DNA of 64,000 nucleotides. Origin: Candidatus Nomurabacteria bacterium (lineage in GTDB: Bacteria; Patescibacteriota; Minisyncoccia; Phycocordibacterales; UBA9973). Numbering within the stretch: the first letter of the stretch is position 1; the number at the start of each line of letters is the position of its first letter. The stretch lies in NCBI GenBank assembly GCA_943348755.1, contig CALQYS010000002.1, forward strand, positions 18,227 through 82,226, given 5' to 3'. The notes under the pieces are model-generated. The model had not been told where the DNA came from, searched no databases, and saw nothing but the letters and a program-made list of their open reading frames with translations. Positions 18,472 through 26,823 of the stretch are shown here, piece after piece. A program made the position numbers and the translations under genes.

Positions 18472-18684
18472 ATGTCACAATCACAATATTTAAAAATGTT
18501 AGAAAGGGAGATCCAAAAGATCAATAACAAGATCGATATGAAGATCCTCCAAGGCGAGACTTATTTCAAAGAGGCGAGAGATCATAAATTGCTCTTGAAA
18601 AAGGTTCGTTACCACACTCGAAGGAGCCTCGGACAAAAAATGCTTCATTTATTCTTTCGGAAAGACATAAATATCTATGCCTAA
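18472..18684 (+). CDS. Small basic hypothetical protein, first gene of the lexA operon
   Basis: 70-aa ORF from ATG 18472; overlaps the lexA start by 8 nt. Confidence 0.65.
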   Translation: MSQSQYLKMLEREIQKINNKIDMKILQGETYFKEARDHKLLLKKVRYHTRRSLGQKMLHLFFRKDINIYA

Positions 18685-19252
18685 TATGCACAGCGAGCAT
18701 CAAGCCAAAATTGAATCCTTCTACTCGCAAAACAAAAGGATGCCTACCTATTCGGAAATGATGGGTCTTTTTGGTTTCAGGTCTAAAAATGCTGTGTTTA
18801 AAGTTGTAGAAAAATTGATAGACGCTGGGCTCGCGACCAAAGATCATCTTGGTAGACTTATGCCCACGCAAGCTTTCGGTGAGATTCCACTTTTGGGGTC
18901 TGTCACCGCTGGATTACCTGCAACAGTTGAAGAAGAACTTTTAGAAAGGGTAAACCTCGACGATATGTTGATAGAAAAGAAAGCTTCAACCTTTATGCTC
19001 GAGGTAGATGGAGACTCGATGATAGATGCCCATATAGAAAAAGGGGACATGGTGCTAGTAGAGAGAGCAAATACTGCCAAAGATGGGCAGATAGTGATAG
19101 CTGAGGTGGATGGAGAGTTTACGATGAAATATTTTCGAAAAGAAGGGAACAAAGTCTGGCTCGAACCAGCTAATAAAAAATACCAGCCGATATATCCGGA
19201 ACATTCTTTGAATATAAATGCAGTCTTAAAGGCGGTGATAAGGAAATACTAA
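18677..19252 (+). CDS. lexA: SOS repressor LexA
   Basis: wHTH (MPTYSEM..LFG..S), Ala-Gly cleavage site VTAG, catalytic Ser GDSM and Lys TMKY. Confidence 0.9.
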   Translation: MPNMHSEHQAKIESFYSQNKRMPTYSEMMGLFGFRSKNAVFKVVEKLIDAGLATKDHLGRLMPTQAFGEIPLLGSVTAGLPATVEEELLERVNLDDMLIEKKASTFMLEVDGDSMIDAHIEKGDMVLVERANTAKDGQIVIAEVDGEFTMKYFRKEGNKVWLEPANKKYQPIYPEHSLNINAVLKAVIRKY

Positions 19253-19257
19253 TGTGC

Positions 19258-19292
19258 AATACAAAAACCGCCTTATGGGCGGTTTTTGTATT
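19258..19292. terminator. Bidirectional intrinsic terminator between convergent lexA and hup
   Basis: AATACAAAAACCGCC...GGCGGTTTTTGTATT. Confidence 0.85.
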
Positions 19293-19301
19293 ATCTCGAG
19301 A

Positions 19302-19319
19302 CCTGCCTGCGCAGACAGG
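19302..19319. repeat. Short REP-like palindrome
   Basis: CCTGCCTGCGCAGACAGG; same CCTGCC start as the pnp insert. Confidence 0.5.
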
Positions 19320-19324
19320 GAGAT

Positions 19325-19597
19325 TTAAGCTAGTGAATCCTTCAAACCTTTTGCAGGTCGGAATTTTGGAACTTTCTTAGCAGCTACTTTGACTTGCTCT
19401 CCAGTCTTTGGATTGCGAGCCATGCGAGCAGCTCTTTGCTTGACGGAGAAGATACCGAAGCCGGCGATTGATACTTCGCCTCCGCTCTTCAGAGTGTTGA
19501 CGATAGCACCAAACAAACCATCTACGATTTCTTCAGCTTGTACCTTTGTACCACCTAGCTTTCCGTGTACCCATTCAGCTAATGCTTGTTTATTCAT
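19325..19597 (-). CDS. hup: DNA-binding protein HU
   Basis: MNK..L, GFG.F....RAAR.ARNP.TGE, PKFRPAK.LKD. Confidence 0.95.
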   Translation of the reverse strand: MNKQALAEWVHGKLGGTKVQAEEIVDGLFGAIVNTLKSGGEVSIAGFGIFSVKQRAARMARNPKTGEQVKVAAKKVPKFRPAKGLKDSLA

Positions 19598-19757
19598 ATG
19601 TTTTTAAATGAGTTATTTATAATTCTTTCGACCTTGCCCCGCCGTGGCGGTGGCTTATTACTTATAAATTACTACCCATGTAGCCTCTTTGCATTATATA
19701 CCAAGGGTTTTTTAAGGCAAGTGTCTACACTGACCTTATAAATACACGCTATTGGCA

Positions 19758-19786
19758 TTGACTTTTTTATACTATTGTGCTATTCT
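19758..19786 (+). promoter_or_regulatory. Putative sigma70 promoter of the 19902 gene
   Basis: TTGACT, 17-nt spacer, TG-extended TATTCT. Confidence 0.55.
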
Positions 19787-19901
19787 TATGGTTAAGAAAG
19801 TCCTGTTGGTTTTTTGACAAGTACATATTTATGTAAGTCTTTTCGCGTGTGCGAAAAGCGTATATGTGGCTGTCAGAATTCCTTAGATAACGTAAACGAA
19901 C

Positions 19902-20777
19902 ATGAAAACACCAATCCTCATCCTGGTGGCATTTGCCATCACGGTCCTCAATGCAGTCGCGGCAACGACCTTCAAGGTCCTGCCTTCCTTTGGGCCTCCG
20001 GCAAACGCTGCTAGCTTCCAGGCCTATGCCTTGGACGCTGCAGTGAAAATCAAGTCGTCAGGAACTCTGCCGACTGGAGCGCCGAACGGACCAACTGATG
20101 CTCGCTTCCTACCGTCGGTGGGAGCAGATGATCTGATGACCACGACCACCGCAGCATTCTACCGGGGAGTTTTCTCCCCGCCGTCTCCCTATAACAACGA
20201 GAGGGGTGGCACCGTTTGGTGGTGGATCGAAGTCACTGCAGGAACGGGAGAGACCGTGTCTCTGGCTGACATCGCCGTGACTCTGAATTCCTCGGACTCA
20301 GGGAACGTTCTCGGAAAGACCGTCACGTTCACGGGGACATTCTATTCCCCAACATCGCCAGGCATTCTGGCTGATGGGACAGAAGTCACCTCCGGGCCAG
20401 CTTCACAGCAGGTGAAGCGGGTCATCGTCGGGGTAGCCTCTGTCTCCTTCTCCGTTGGCACTTCGGGTGACGTGCAGGCTGTGCGGGATTTCATTGGCCA
20501 GGCGAACTGGTCGACCCGCACCGTGGTTACGGCCAAGGGGGCTTCGTCCTCTTTGGTTCTCAACCGGATCATGCCGACCCTGAAAGTCAGCAATTCCGGC
20601 GGGCGTCTGCTTCTAAGCAGGGAAAACAACGGCGACCCAGTTTCTTACGAGATCCAGAAGTCAGCTGCCCTTGGAGCTTCTGCAGTTTGGTCCTCTGCTG
20701 GAATCATTTCCCCCGGCGTAACGAATGACATGGGTTCGGTGGCCAGCGGTGCGGGTTTCATCCGCTACAAGCCATGA
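19902..20777 (+). CDS. Secreted beta-rich hypothetical protein, high GC (probably horizontally acquired)
   Basis: Signal peptide; sampled 60-nt lines are 55-62% GC, far above the flanks. Confidence 0.85.
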   Translation: MKTPILILVAFAITVLNAVAATTFKVLPSFGPPANAASFQAYALDAAVKIKSSGTLPTGAPNGPTDARFLPSVGADDLMTTTTAAFYRGVFSPPSPYNNERGGTVWWWIEVTAGTGETVSLADIAVTLNSSDSGNVLGKTVTFTGTFYSPTSPGILADGTEVTSGPASQQVKRVIVGVASVSFSVGTSGDVQAVRDFIGQANWSTRTVVTAKGASSSLVLNRIMPTLKVSNSGGRLLLSRENNGDPVSYEIQKSAALGASAVWSSAGIISPGVTNDMGSVASGAGFIRYKP

Positions 20778-20782
20778 GTCAA

Positions 20783-20844
20783 GGTTACTGTCGAGACCTC
20801 TAAAGCGACAGACGAACTCGATGGGTTCGTAGGTGAACATAACC
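20783..20844 (+). ncRNA. Candidate structured RNA (three-stem junction with possible pseudoknot)
   Basis: GGTTA/TAACC, CTGTCG/CGACAG, ACGAACTC/GGGTTCGT; loop ACCT complementary to junction AGGT. Confidence 0.35.
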
Positions 20845-20853
20845 AATTTAATC

Positions 20854-20902
20854 AAAAGGCGTCGTATGTGACCCAAGAAAAGGGCTCCATCGACGCCTTT
20901 TT
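20854..20902 (+). terminator. Long-stem intrinsic terminator
   Basis: AAAAGGCGTCG/CGACGCCTTTT with inner pairing, followed by a T-rich tract. Confidence 0.7.
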
Positions 20903-20929
20903 CTATTTCTATATTTACCCTTGTATATA

Positions 20930-20958
20930 TTGACTTTATTTCATATTTATGATAGAAT
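20930..20958 (+). promoter_or_regulatory. Putative sigma70 promoter of the TQNNG-repeat gene
   Basis: TTGACT, 17-nt spacer, TG-extended TAGAAT. Confidence 0.6.
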
Positions 20959-21000
20959 CTAGGATCTAGGTTAGAACTTAGTATTTGGCTTAGAAATAGT

Positions 21001-21999
21001 ATGAATTATTTTAAAACAACATTTTTCTGCGTGGTTCTGGCCATGGCATATACGATGCCTCTTTTTGCCTTTACTCTCACGACTCAGGACAATGGTACGA
21101 CTGCTGGTTCTTCTAATATCTCGACTCAAAATAACGGAACCACCACTGGCTCTTCTCTGGTTACTACACAAAACAACGCCACAACTGTTATCGGTGGAGC
21201 GGGTCTCGTGACTCAAAACAATGGAACTACTGTTGGAGGGGGCACTGGTCTGATAACACAGAATAATGGTAACACTGCAAATTCCGGTGCTCTCACAACC
21301 CAGAATAATGGTACGACCACGGGTTCATCTGGTGTTACGACTCAAAATAACGGGACAAGTGTAGGAGGTTCTGGTCCTTTAGTCACTCAAAATAACGGGA
21401 CAACTACCGGATCAGCCAACCCCACAACTCAAAACAATGGTACAACCACGGGCTCAGGCGGTCTCGTGACCCAAAACAATGGAACCAGTGCTGGTTTTTC
21501 GGGTGTTACAACTCAAAATAATGGCACGACTACTGGCGGAAGTTCTGGTGGTAATAGTGTCGGAAGTGGTCCTAATGGAAGTGGGGGTTTGACGAGTGTT
21601 AGCGATACTGGGCATACAAATGCTGGTCATCCAATTGTAATTGCAGCCGCTCCCACGACTTCATCTATAAATTCTTCCAGAAATGAAAGCGGAGCTCCAT
21701 TATCATCTAGTCAGTTATCCAATATTTTTTCATCAACGGTAAGTCCATTTTCATCTTCTGGATCAAAAAACAATTTATCTCCTAGATTAACCGAAGGTAA
21801 TGGCATAACTGATAATTTACCAGATCTAGCTGCCCAAAGTGCCTCAGCGATCTATGCCTTTGCAGATTTTTGGAACAACCAGCATATATTATGGTTTTTT
21901 ATAATTCTACTTATCGTCGTTGGACACCTTATGTATTGGGAAAAAGAGCGTCTTAAATCTCAAATTATTTTAGCGCCTAAAAAAACTAAGAAAAAATAA
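21001..21999 (+). CDS. Membrane-anchored surface protein with 11 TQNNG repeats
   Basis: Signal peptide, 14-15-aa tandem repeats, Ser-rich stalk, C-terminal TM helix and Lys-rich tail. Confidence 0.85.
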   Translation: MNYFKTTFFCVVLAMAYTMPLFAFTLTTQDNGTTAGSSNISTQNNGTTTGSSLVTTQNNATTVIGGAGLVTQNNGTTVGGGTGLITQNNGNTANSGALTTQNNGTTTGSSGVTTQNNGTSVGGSGPLVTQNNGTTTGSANPTTQNNGTTTGSGGLVTQNNGTSAGFSGVTTQNNGTTTGGSSGGNSVGSGPNGSGGLTSVSDTGHTNAGHPIVIAAAPTTSSINSSRNESGAPLSSSQLSNIFSSTVSPFSSSGSKNNLSPRLTEGNGITDNLPDLAAQSASAIYAFADFWNNQHILWFFIILLIVVGHLMYWEKERLKSQIILAPKKTKKK

Positions 22000-22000
22000 T

Positions 22001-23530
22001 TTATCTAGCGTATTCAATAACTCTCATTTCTCGGATCATCGTAACCTTTATTTCACCTGGGTATTTGAGTTCTTTCTCTATTTTTAGGGCTATGTCGCGA
22101 GCCATAATCTTGGCTTCAGCATCAGAGACCTTTTCTGGAGTCACGAATATGCGGATTTCACGGCCGGCTTGCAGGGCATAGGACTTTTCGACAGCAGGGA
22201 AGGTGTTTACTAGGGCTTCGAGCTCTTGGAGCCTCTTTAGATAGTTCTCTACTGAGTCTCTGCGGGCTCCTGGGCGTCCGCCAGAGATAGAGTCAGCAGT
22301 TTGCACGATGATAGACTCAATAGTCTCATAAGGATAATCTTCGTGATGACTTTTCATTGCAGTGATTATTCTTTCATCCGCACCGAATTTCTGTAAAATA
22401 CGCATACCTATCTCGATATGTGTGCCTTGTACTTCATGGTCGAGGGCTTTACCTATGTCATGCACCAAAGCTCCGGCCTTGGCTATTGCTACATCTGCAC
22501 CTAGCTCTTCTGCGAGCATTCCAGCGATATGTGCCATCTCGATAGAGTGCTGAAGGACGTTTTGTCCATAACTAGTGCGGAAATACAATCGTCCGATGAT
22601 GGCTATAATGCGCGGATCGAAATTCAATATGCCACATTCGTATACTGCCTGTTCGCCCTTTTCTTTAATTATTTTGTTTATTTCTTCTTTTGCCTTTTCG
22701 ACTAACTCCTCTATCTTGGCTGGTTGAATACGTCCATCAAGAATAAGGTTTTCAAGCGCTAGTCTGGCGACCTGTCTACGAATCGGATCAAATGAAGAAA
22801 TGACGATAGAACCCGGTGTGTCATCAACAATTAGCTCTACACCAGAAGCTCTTTCAAAAGCTCGAATATTTCTACCTTCTTTACCGATGATCTTGCCTTT
22901 GATTTCGTTGTTCGGGATAGACACTATCGTTGTCATCAGTTCCGAAGCAGTACTAGACGCTAGACGCTGGATGCTTGTGGCTAGTATGTCTTTTGCTCTG
23001 CGATCTAATTTCTCCTGGTTGCTATTTTCCAACTTTTGGATTCTAGTCAAGATATCTTCCTCATATTTCTTCTCAATATCCCTCAAGAGCTCTTCTTTGG
23101 CTTCCACTTCCGTTAGTTTAGCTACTCTTTCTAATTCTGTCCTCTTTTCTTCCTCTATCTTTAATACTTTATCTTGAATTTTCTTTATCTCTTCTACTTT
23201 CGTTTTTATGTTGTCAACTTCTTTGTTGATTTCGACTTGGCGAGAATCCAAAAACTCGTCTTTTTTAATAAGACGTAGCTCTTTTTCTTTCCATTCTGTT
23301 TCTTTCTTCTTTTCTTCTTCCTTTAGTTCATTCAGTTTACTTTCCGAAGCCCTTTTTGCTTCATCGGTAATCTTTTGTGCTTCTTCTTTGGCACCCACCA
23401 TCATTTGCTTGATGTCGATCTCAATCGATCGTCTCTTGCCGAGCGCTACGATCACACGCAAGTAGTATCCTACCCCGACACCCAAAAGAAGCGCTCCTGC
23501 GCCTATTAGAATTATCATTAATGTACTCAT
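22001..23530 (-). CDS. rny: Ribonuclease Y
   Basis: N-terminal TM, coiled coil, KH (KGKIIGKEGRNIR), HD (LVHDIGKA), QAGREIR. Confidence 0.97.
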   Translation of the reverse strand: MSTLMIILIGAGALLLGVGVGYYLRVIVALGKRRSIEIDIKQMMVGAKEEAQKITDEAKRASESKLNELKEEEKKKETEWKEKELRLIKKDEFLDSRQVEINKEVDNIKTKVEEIKKIQDKVLKIEEEKRTELERVAKLTEVEAKEELLRDIEKKYEEDILTRIQKLENSNQEKLDRRAKDILATSIQRLASSTASELMTTIVSIPNNEIKGKIIGKEGRNIRAFERASGVELIVDDTPGSIVISSFDPIRRQVARLALENLILDGRIQPAKIEELVEKAKEEINKIIKEKGEQAVYECGILNFDPRIIAIIGRLYFRTSYGQNVLQHSIEMAHIAGMLAEELGADVAIAKAGALVHDIGKALDHEVQGTHIEIGMRILQKFGADERIITAMKSHHEDYPYETIESIIVQTADSISGGRPGARRDSVENYLKRLQELEALVNTFPAVEKSYALQAGREIRIFVTPEKVSDAEAKIMARDIALKIEKELKYPGEIKVTMIREMRVIEYAR

Positions 23531-23533
23531 AAG

Positions 23534-23604
23534 CTTTGTGTCAGCTTACAAGAATACGCCACTATATTTGCGGTCTTTATTCCGCTCCAAGGTTTTTGAC
23601 AAAG
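23534..23604 (-). promoter_or_regulatory. Structured 5' leader of rny
   Basis: Sense strand CTTTGTCA...GAATA...TATTC...TGACACAAAG hairpin ends 3 nt before the ATG. Confidence 0.5.
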
Positions 23605-23717
23605 ATTTTAAAATTCCTCTTTAAACACTTCATAATATAAGGTATATTCTCCTAAACCAAGTAAAATAAAATTTTTAAATTCAACTTTATTAGTATAACA
23701 AATGATAGAAAATATGT

Positions 23718-24323
23718 CTAGTTGACAGCTTTTGCGACAGGAGCCTTGGATTTGGTGACTATTTCGTCCACAATTCCATACTTTTTAGCCTCTTCTGCGT
23801 CCATGAAAAAATCACGATCTACATCTTTTTCTATTTGCGGAAGAGATTTGCCAGTATTCTTGGCAAGGAGTTTATTCAAGTTGTCTCTAGTTTTTAAGAT
23901 ATGTTTCGCAGTGATGGCAATGTCTGTGGCCTGTCCTTCTACGCCACCCAAAGGTTGATGAATCATAACTTCTGCGTTTGGCAGTATGTAACGTTTACCC
24001 TTTTTACCCGCAGATAAAATAATTGCTCCACCGGAAGCAGCAAGGCCAACACAGAAAGTAGAAACATCGGGACGGACATGATTCATGGTGTCAACTATCG
24101 CCATAGTCGAAGTGACCGATCCACCAGGGGAGTTGATGTAGAGATAAATATCTTTTTTACTATCTTCTGATTCGAGGAAAAGCAGTTGAGCGATGACAAT
24201 GTTTGCAGTGTGGTCATCGATTGGTCCGCCCAAGAATATGATACGCTCCCGTAAAAGCCGTGAGTAAATATCATAAACTCTTTCTCCGAATTGCGATTTT
24301 TCTATAACTGTTGGTATCAACAT
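23718..24323 (-). CDS. clpP: ATP-dependent Clp protease proteolytic subunit
   Basis: [28 protein letters not shown]; start at ATG 24323. Confidence 0.97.
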   Translation of the reverse strand: MLIPTVIEKSQFGERVYDIYSRLLRERIIFLGGPIDDHTANIVIAQLLFLESEDSKKDIYLYINSPGGSVTSTMAIVDTMNHVRPDVSTFCVGLAASGGAIILSAGKKGKRYILPNAEVMIHQPLGGVEGQATDIAITAKHILKTRDNLNKLLAKNTGKSLPQIEKDVDRDFFMDAEEAKKYGIVDEIVTKSKAPVAKAVN

Positions 24324-24435
24324 AAAGCCTATTATAGTCTTTTTCATGCCCTTTTCAAGTCTCTTTAGTTATCCACTTTCTAGCCCCTTGCTTACACTTC
24401 AAAACGTGGTACCATCCTATGCAATGTGTAAAGAG

Positions 24436-25767
24436 ATGAATAAGCCAAATACACCTCAAACCTATATTCATAATATTTACGTTTCTATTATTCAAACCCT
24501 GTCGGGTTTATTTTTTTGCCCAAAATATACATATAGAGCCATATCCTCTATAGAAGGTATAGTTGTGAGTGCGCGGAGTCAAAAAATCCGCCGTATTGAG
24601 ATAGATCAGTATACCGGACTTATCCGAAAAGTTTCCGAGCCGACTGGGGTGGCTGATGTGGTATTAAAAGATGAATTAATTTTCCCTGGCTTTATTGATC
24701 TGCATGTACACGCGCGAGAGGATATGAGCCACACCCAAGAATACAAGGAGGATTTTAGGACTGTCGGTCTGGCTGCGATAAATGGTGGGGTAGTGGCTTT
24801 GGCGGACATGCCGAATAATCCGATACCACCTATCGACGATAAAAGTTATGAGCAAAAAGGCAATCTAGCCAAAAAATCTCCCATTCCTGTGGTACTCTAC
24901 GCTGGTATCGGACCGAACACTAAACCACTTTCCAAAAAGGTTCCTTATAAAGTTTTTATGGGGCCTTCGGTCGGGGATTTGTTTTTTAATTCTCTCGACG
25001 AGTTAGAGGCAGTTATTAAAAATTATCAAGGTCAAAATGTAAGTTTTCATTCCGAAGAGCCTGAAATTTTAGAAAAAAACAAAAATGCTTCGACTCATGA
25101 AGCTAAACGTCCTCCCGAAGCAGAAATTTCTGCAGTAGACTTTGCTCTGCAACTTATCGAAAAATATGATCTTGTCGGTAAGATCTGTCACTGTTCTACT
25201 TTAGAGGGGATAAATAAAATAATTAGTGCCAAGAAGCGGGGGATAAAGGTAACAGTTGAAGTTACTCCGCATCATTTGTATTTTGATGAAACGATGTTGG
25301 GCGGAAAAAGAAAAAGTTTCCAAGTAAATCCGCCGATACGCCAAACCAAGGAAAATCGCTTAGCGCTTATATCAATGTTAAAAAACGGGAATATAGATTA
25401 TCTGGCGACTGACCATGCTCCTCATTCTGTATCCGAAAAAGAAAAGGGTATTTCTGGGCTGACGCATCTTGATACTTATGGGCCATTTATCACATGGCTG
25501 ATCAAGGAACATAGATTTACATTTGAAGAAATCGTACGGGTTTGCTCTAAAAATCCGTCAGATTTTATTAATAAATTCTCTAAAGATCAGTACGGCGAAA
25601 TCAAAGAGGGTCATATCGCTTCTCTTTCAGTTATAGACATGAAAAAACCCATAAATATTAGTCCGAAAATGCTTAAAACGAAATGTCGCTGGTCTCCATT
25701 TTTGGGGATTACCTTCCCGGGCAGTGTATCTATGACAATAATAAAAGGAAAATTGTATGAAAAATAA
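24436..25767 (+). CDS. pyrC: Dihydroorotase (start uncertain: 24424, 24436 or GTG 24565)
   Basis: PGFIDLHVH.R, DMPN, EVTPHHL, NPPIR, ATDHAPH; sits directly upstream of carAB-pyrB. Confidence 0.85.
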   Translation: MNKPNTPQTYIHNIYVSIIQTLSGLFFCPKYTYRAISSIEGIVVSARSQKIRRIEIDQYTGLIRKVSEPTGVADVVLKDELIFPGFIDLHVHAREDMSHTQEYKEDFRTVGLAAINGGVVALADMPNNPIPPIDDKSYEQKGNLAKKSPIPVVLYAGIGPNTKPLSKKVPYKVFMGPSVGDLFFNSLDELEAVIKNYQGQNVSFHSEEPEILEKNKNASTHEAKRPPEAEISAVDFALQLIEKYDLVGKICHCSTLEGINKIISAKKRGIKVTVEVTPHHLYFDETMLGGKRKSFQVNPPIRQTKENRLALISMLKNGNIDYLATDHAPHSVSEKEKGISGLTHLDTYGPFITWLIKEHRFTFEEIVRVCSKNPSDFINKFSKDQYGEIKEGHIASLSVIDMKKPINISPKMLKTKCRWSPFLGITFPGSVSMTIIKGKLYEK

Positions 25768-26821
25768 AAAAATCGGGAAACTAATATTAAAGGACGGCAC
25801 TACTCTTTCTGGTATATCCTTTGGCGCTAATAAATCAATTTCCGGGGAAGTTGTTTTTGCTACCGGCATGGTGGGTTATCCGGAAGCTTTAACTGATCCT
25901 TCATTTAAAGGTCAGATTTTAGTCTTGACCTATCCACTCGTGGGGAACTATGGTGTACCTAAAAAAGAATTTTGGGAATCGGATAAAATCCAAATATCTG
26001 GTTTAATTGTTTCGAGTTATATTGATACACCATCACATCATGCAATAGAGGAGACACTTGGAGAGTGGCTTACTTCGGAAGGAATCCCAGCCCTTGAAGT
26101 CAAAGATACTCGTTTGCTTACACAAAAATTGCGCACACAAGGCGTGATGCTGGGTAAAATAGAGGTTGATCAAAATCCGACCGAATTTCAAGATCCCAAC
26201 TTGCAAAATCTGGTAGCAGAAGTTAGTACTTCCAAGATAGTTACCTTCGGCCAGGGTGAAAAGACTATTGTGCTGATCGATTGCGGGGTAAAACAGAATA
26301 TTATTCGAAGATTAGTAGTAAAAGGCTTCAAAGTAGCCGTAGTGCCATACGACACAGACGTGACTAAGTTAAAGTTTCCATTTTCTGCTGTGGTTATTTC
26401 GAACGGTCCCGGGGATCCCACAATGGTAAAGACCACGATCAATAACGTGAAAAAAATAATCAAACAGGGGATTCCAACGCTTGGGATTTGTCTAGGCAAC
26501 CAAATTTTAGCGCTAGCGACTGGTGGCACTACTTATAAATTAAAATTTGGTCACCGAAGCCAAAACCAGCCTGCAGTGGAAAGTGGAAGCAACAAATGCT
26601 ATTTAACGACACAAAATCATGGTTTTGCGGTCGGTAAAATCCCTAAGGGTTTTAAGGAATGGTTTTATAACGCGAATGATCTTACAAACGAAGGCATCAT
26701 TCATAACAGTATGCCCTTTATGTCCGTTCAATTTCACCCCGAAAGTGCCCCAGGCCCTATTGATACTGATTGGATTTTCGATTATTTTTTTGAAAAAGCC
26801 GGATTAAATAAAAACAAATAA
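25757..26821 (+). CDS. carA: Carbamoyl-phosphate synthase small subunit
   Basis: GEVVF.TGM.GY.E.LTDPS, SNGPGDP, GICLG, QNHGF, QFHPE. Confidence 0.96.
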   Translation: MKNKKIGKLILKDGTTLSGISFGANKSISGEVVFATGMVGYPEALTDPSFKGQILVLTYPLVGNYGVPKKEFWESDKIQISGLIVSSYIDTPSHHAIEETLGEWLTSEGIPALEVKDTRLLTQKLRTQGVMLGKIEVDQNPTEFQDPNLQNLVAEVSTSKIVTFGQGEKTIVLIDCGVKQNIIRRLVVKGFKVAVVPYDTDVTKLKFPFSAVVISNGPGDPTMVKTTINNVKKIIKQGIPTLGICLGNQILALATGGTTYKLKFGHRSQNQPAVESGSNKCYLTTQNHGFAVGKIPKGFKEWFYNANDLTNEGIIHNSMPFMSVQFHPESAPGPIDTDWIFDYFFEKAGLNKNK

Positions 26822-26823
26822 AT

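Noticed and set aside
20783-20844. Hammerhead ribozyme
   Set aside because: CTGTCGA and GAAC only loosely resemble CUGANGA and GAAA, and there is no stem III or NUH site.
20953-21000. TAG-containing heptamer-like repeats upstream of the TQNNG gene
   Set aside because: They are too short and degenerate to separate from low-complexity AT-rich sequence.
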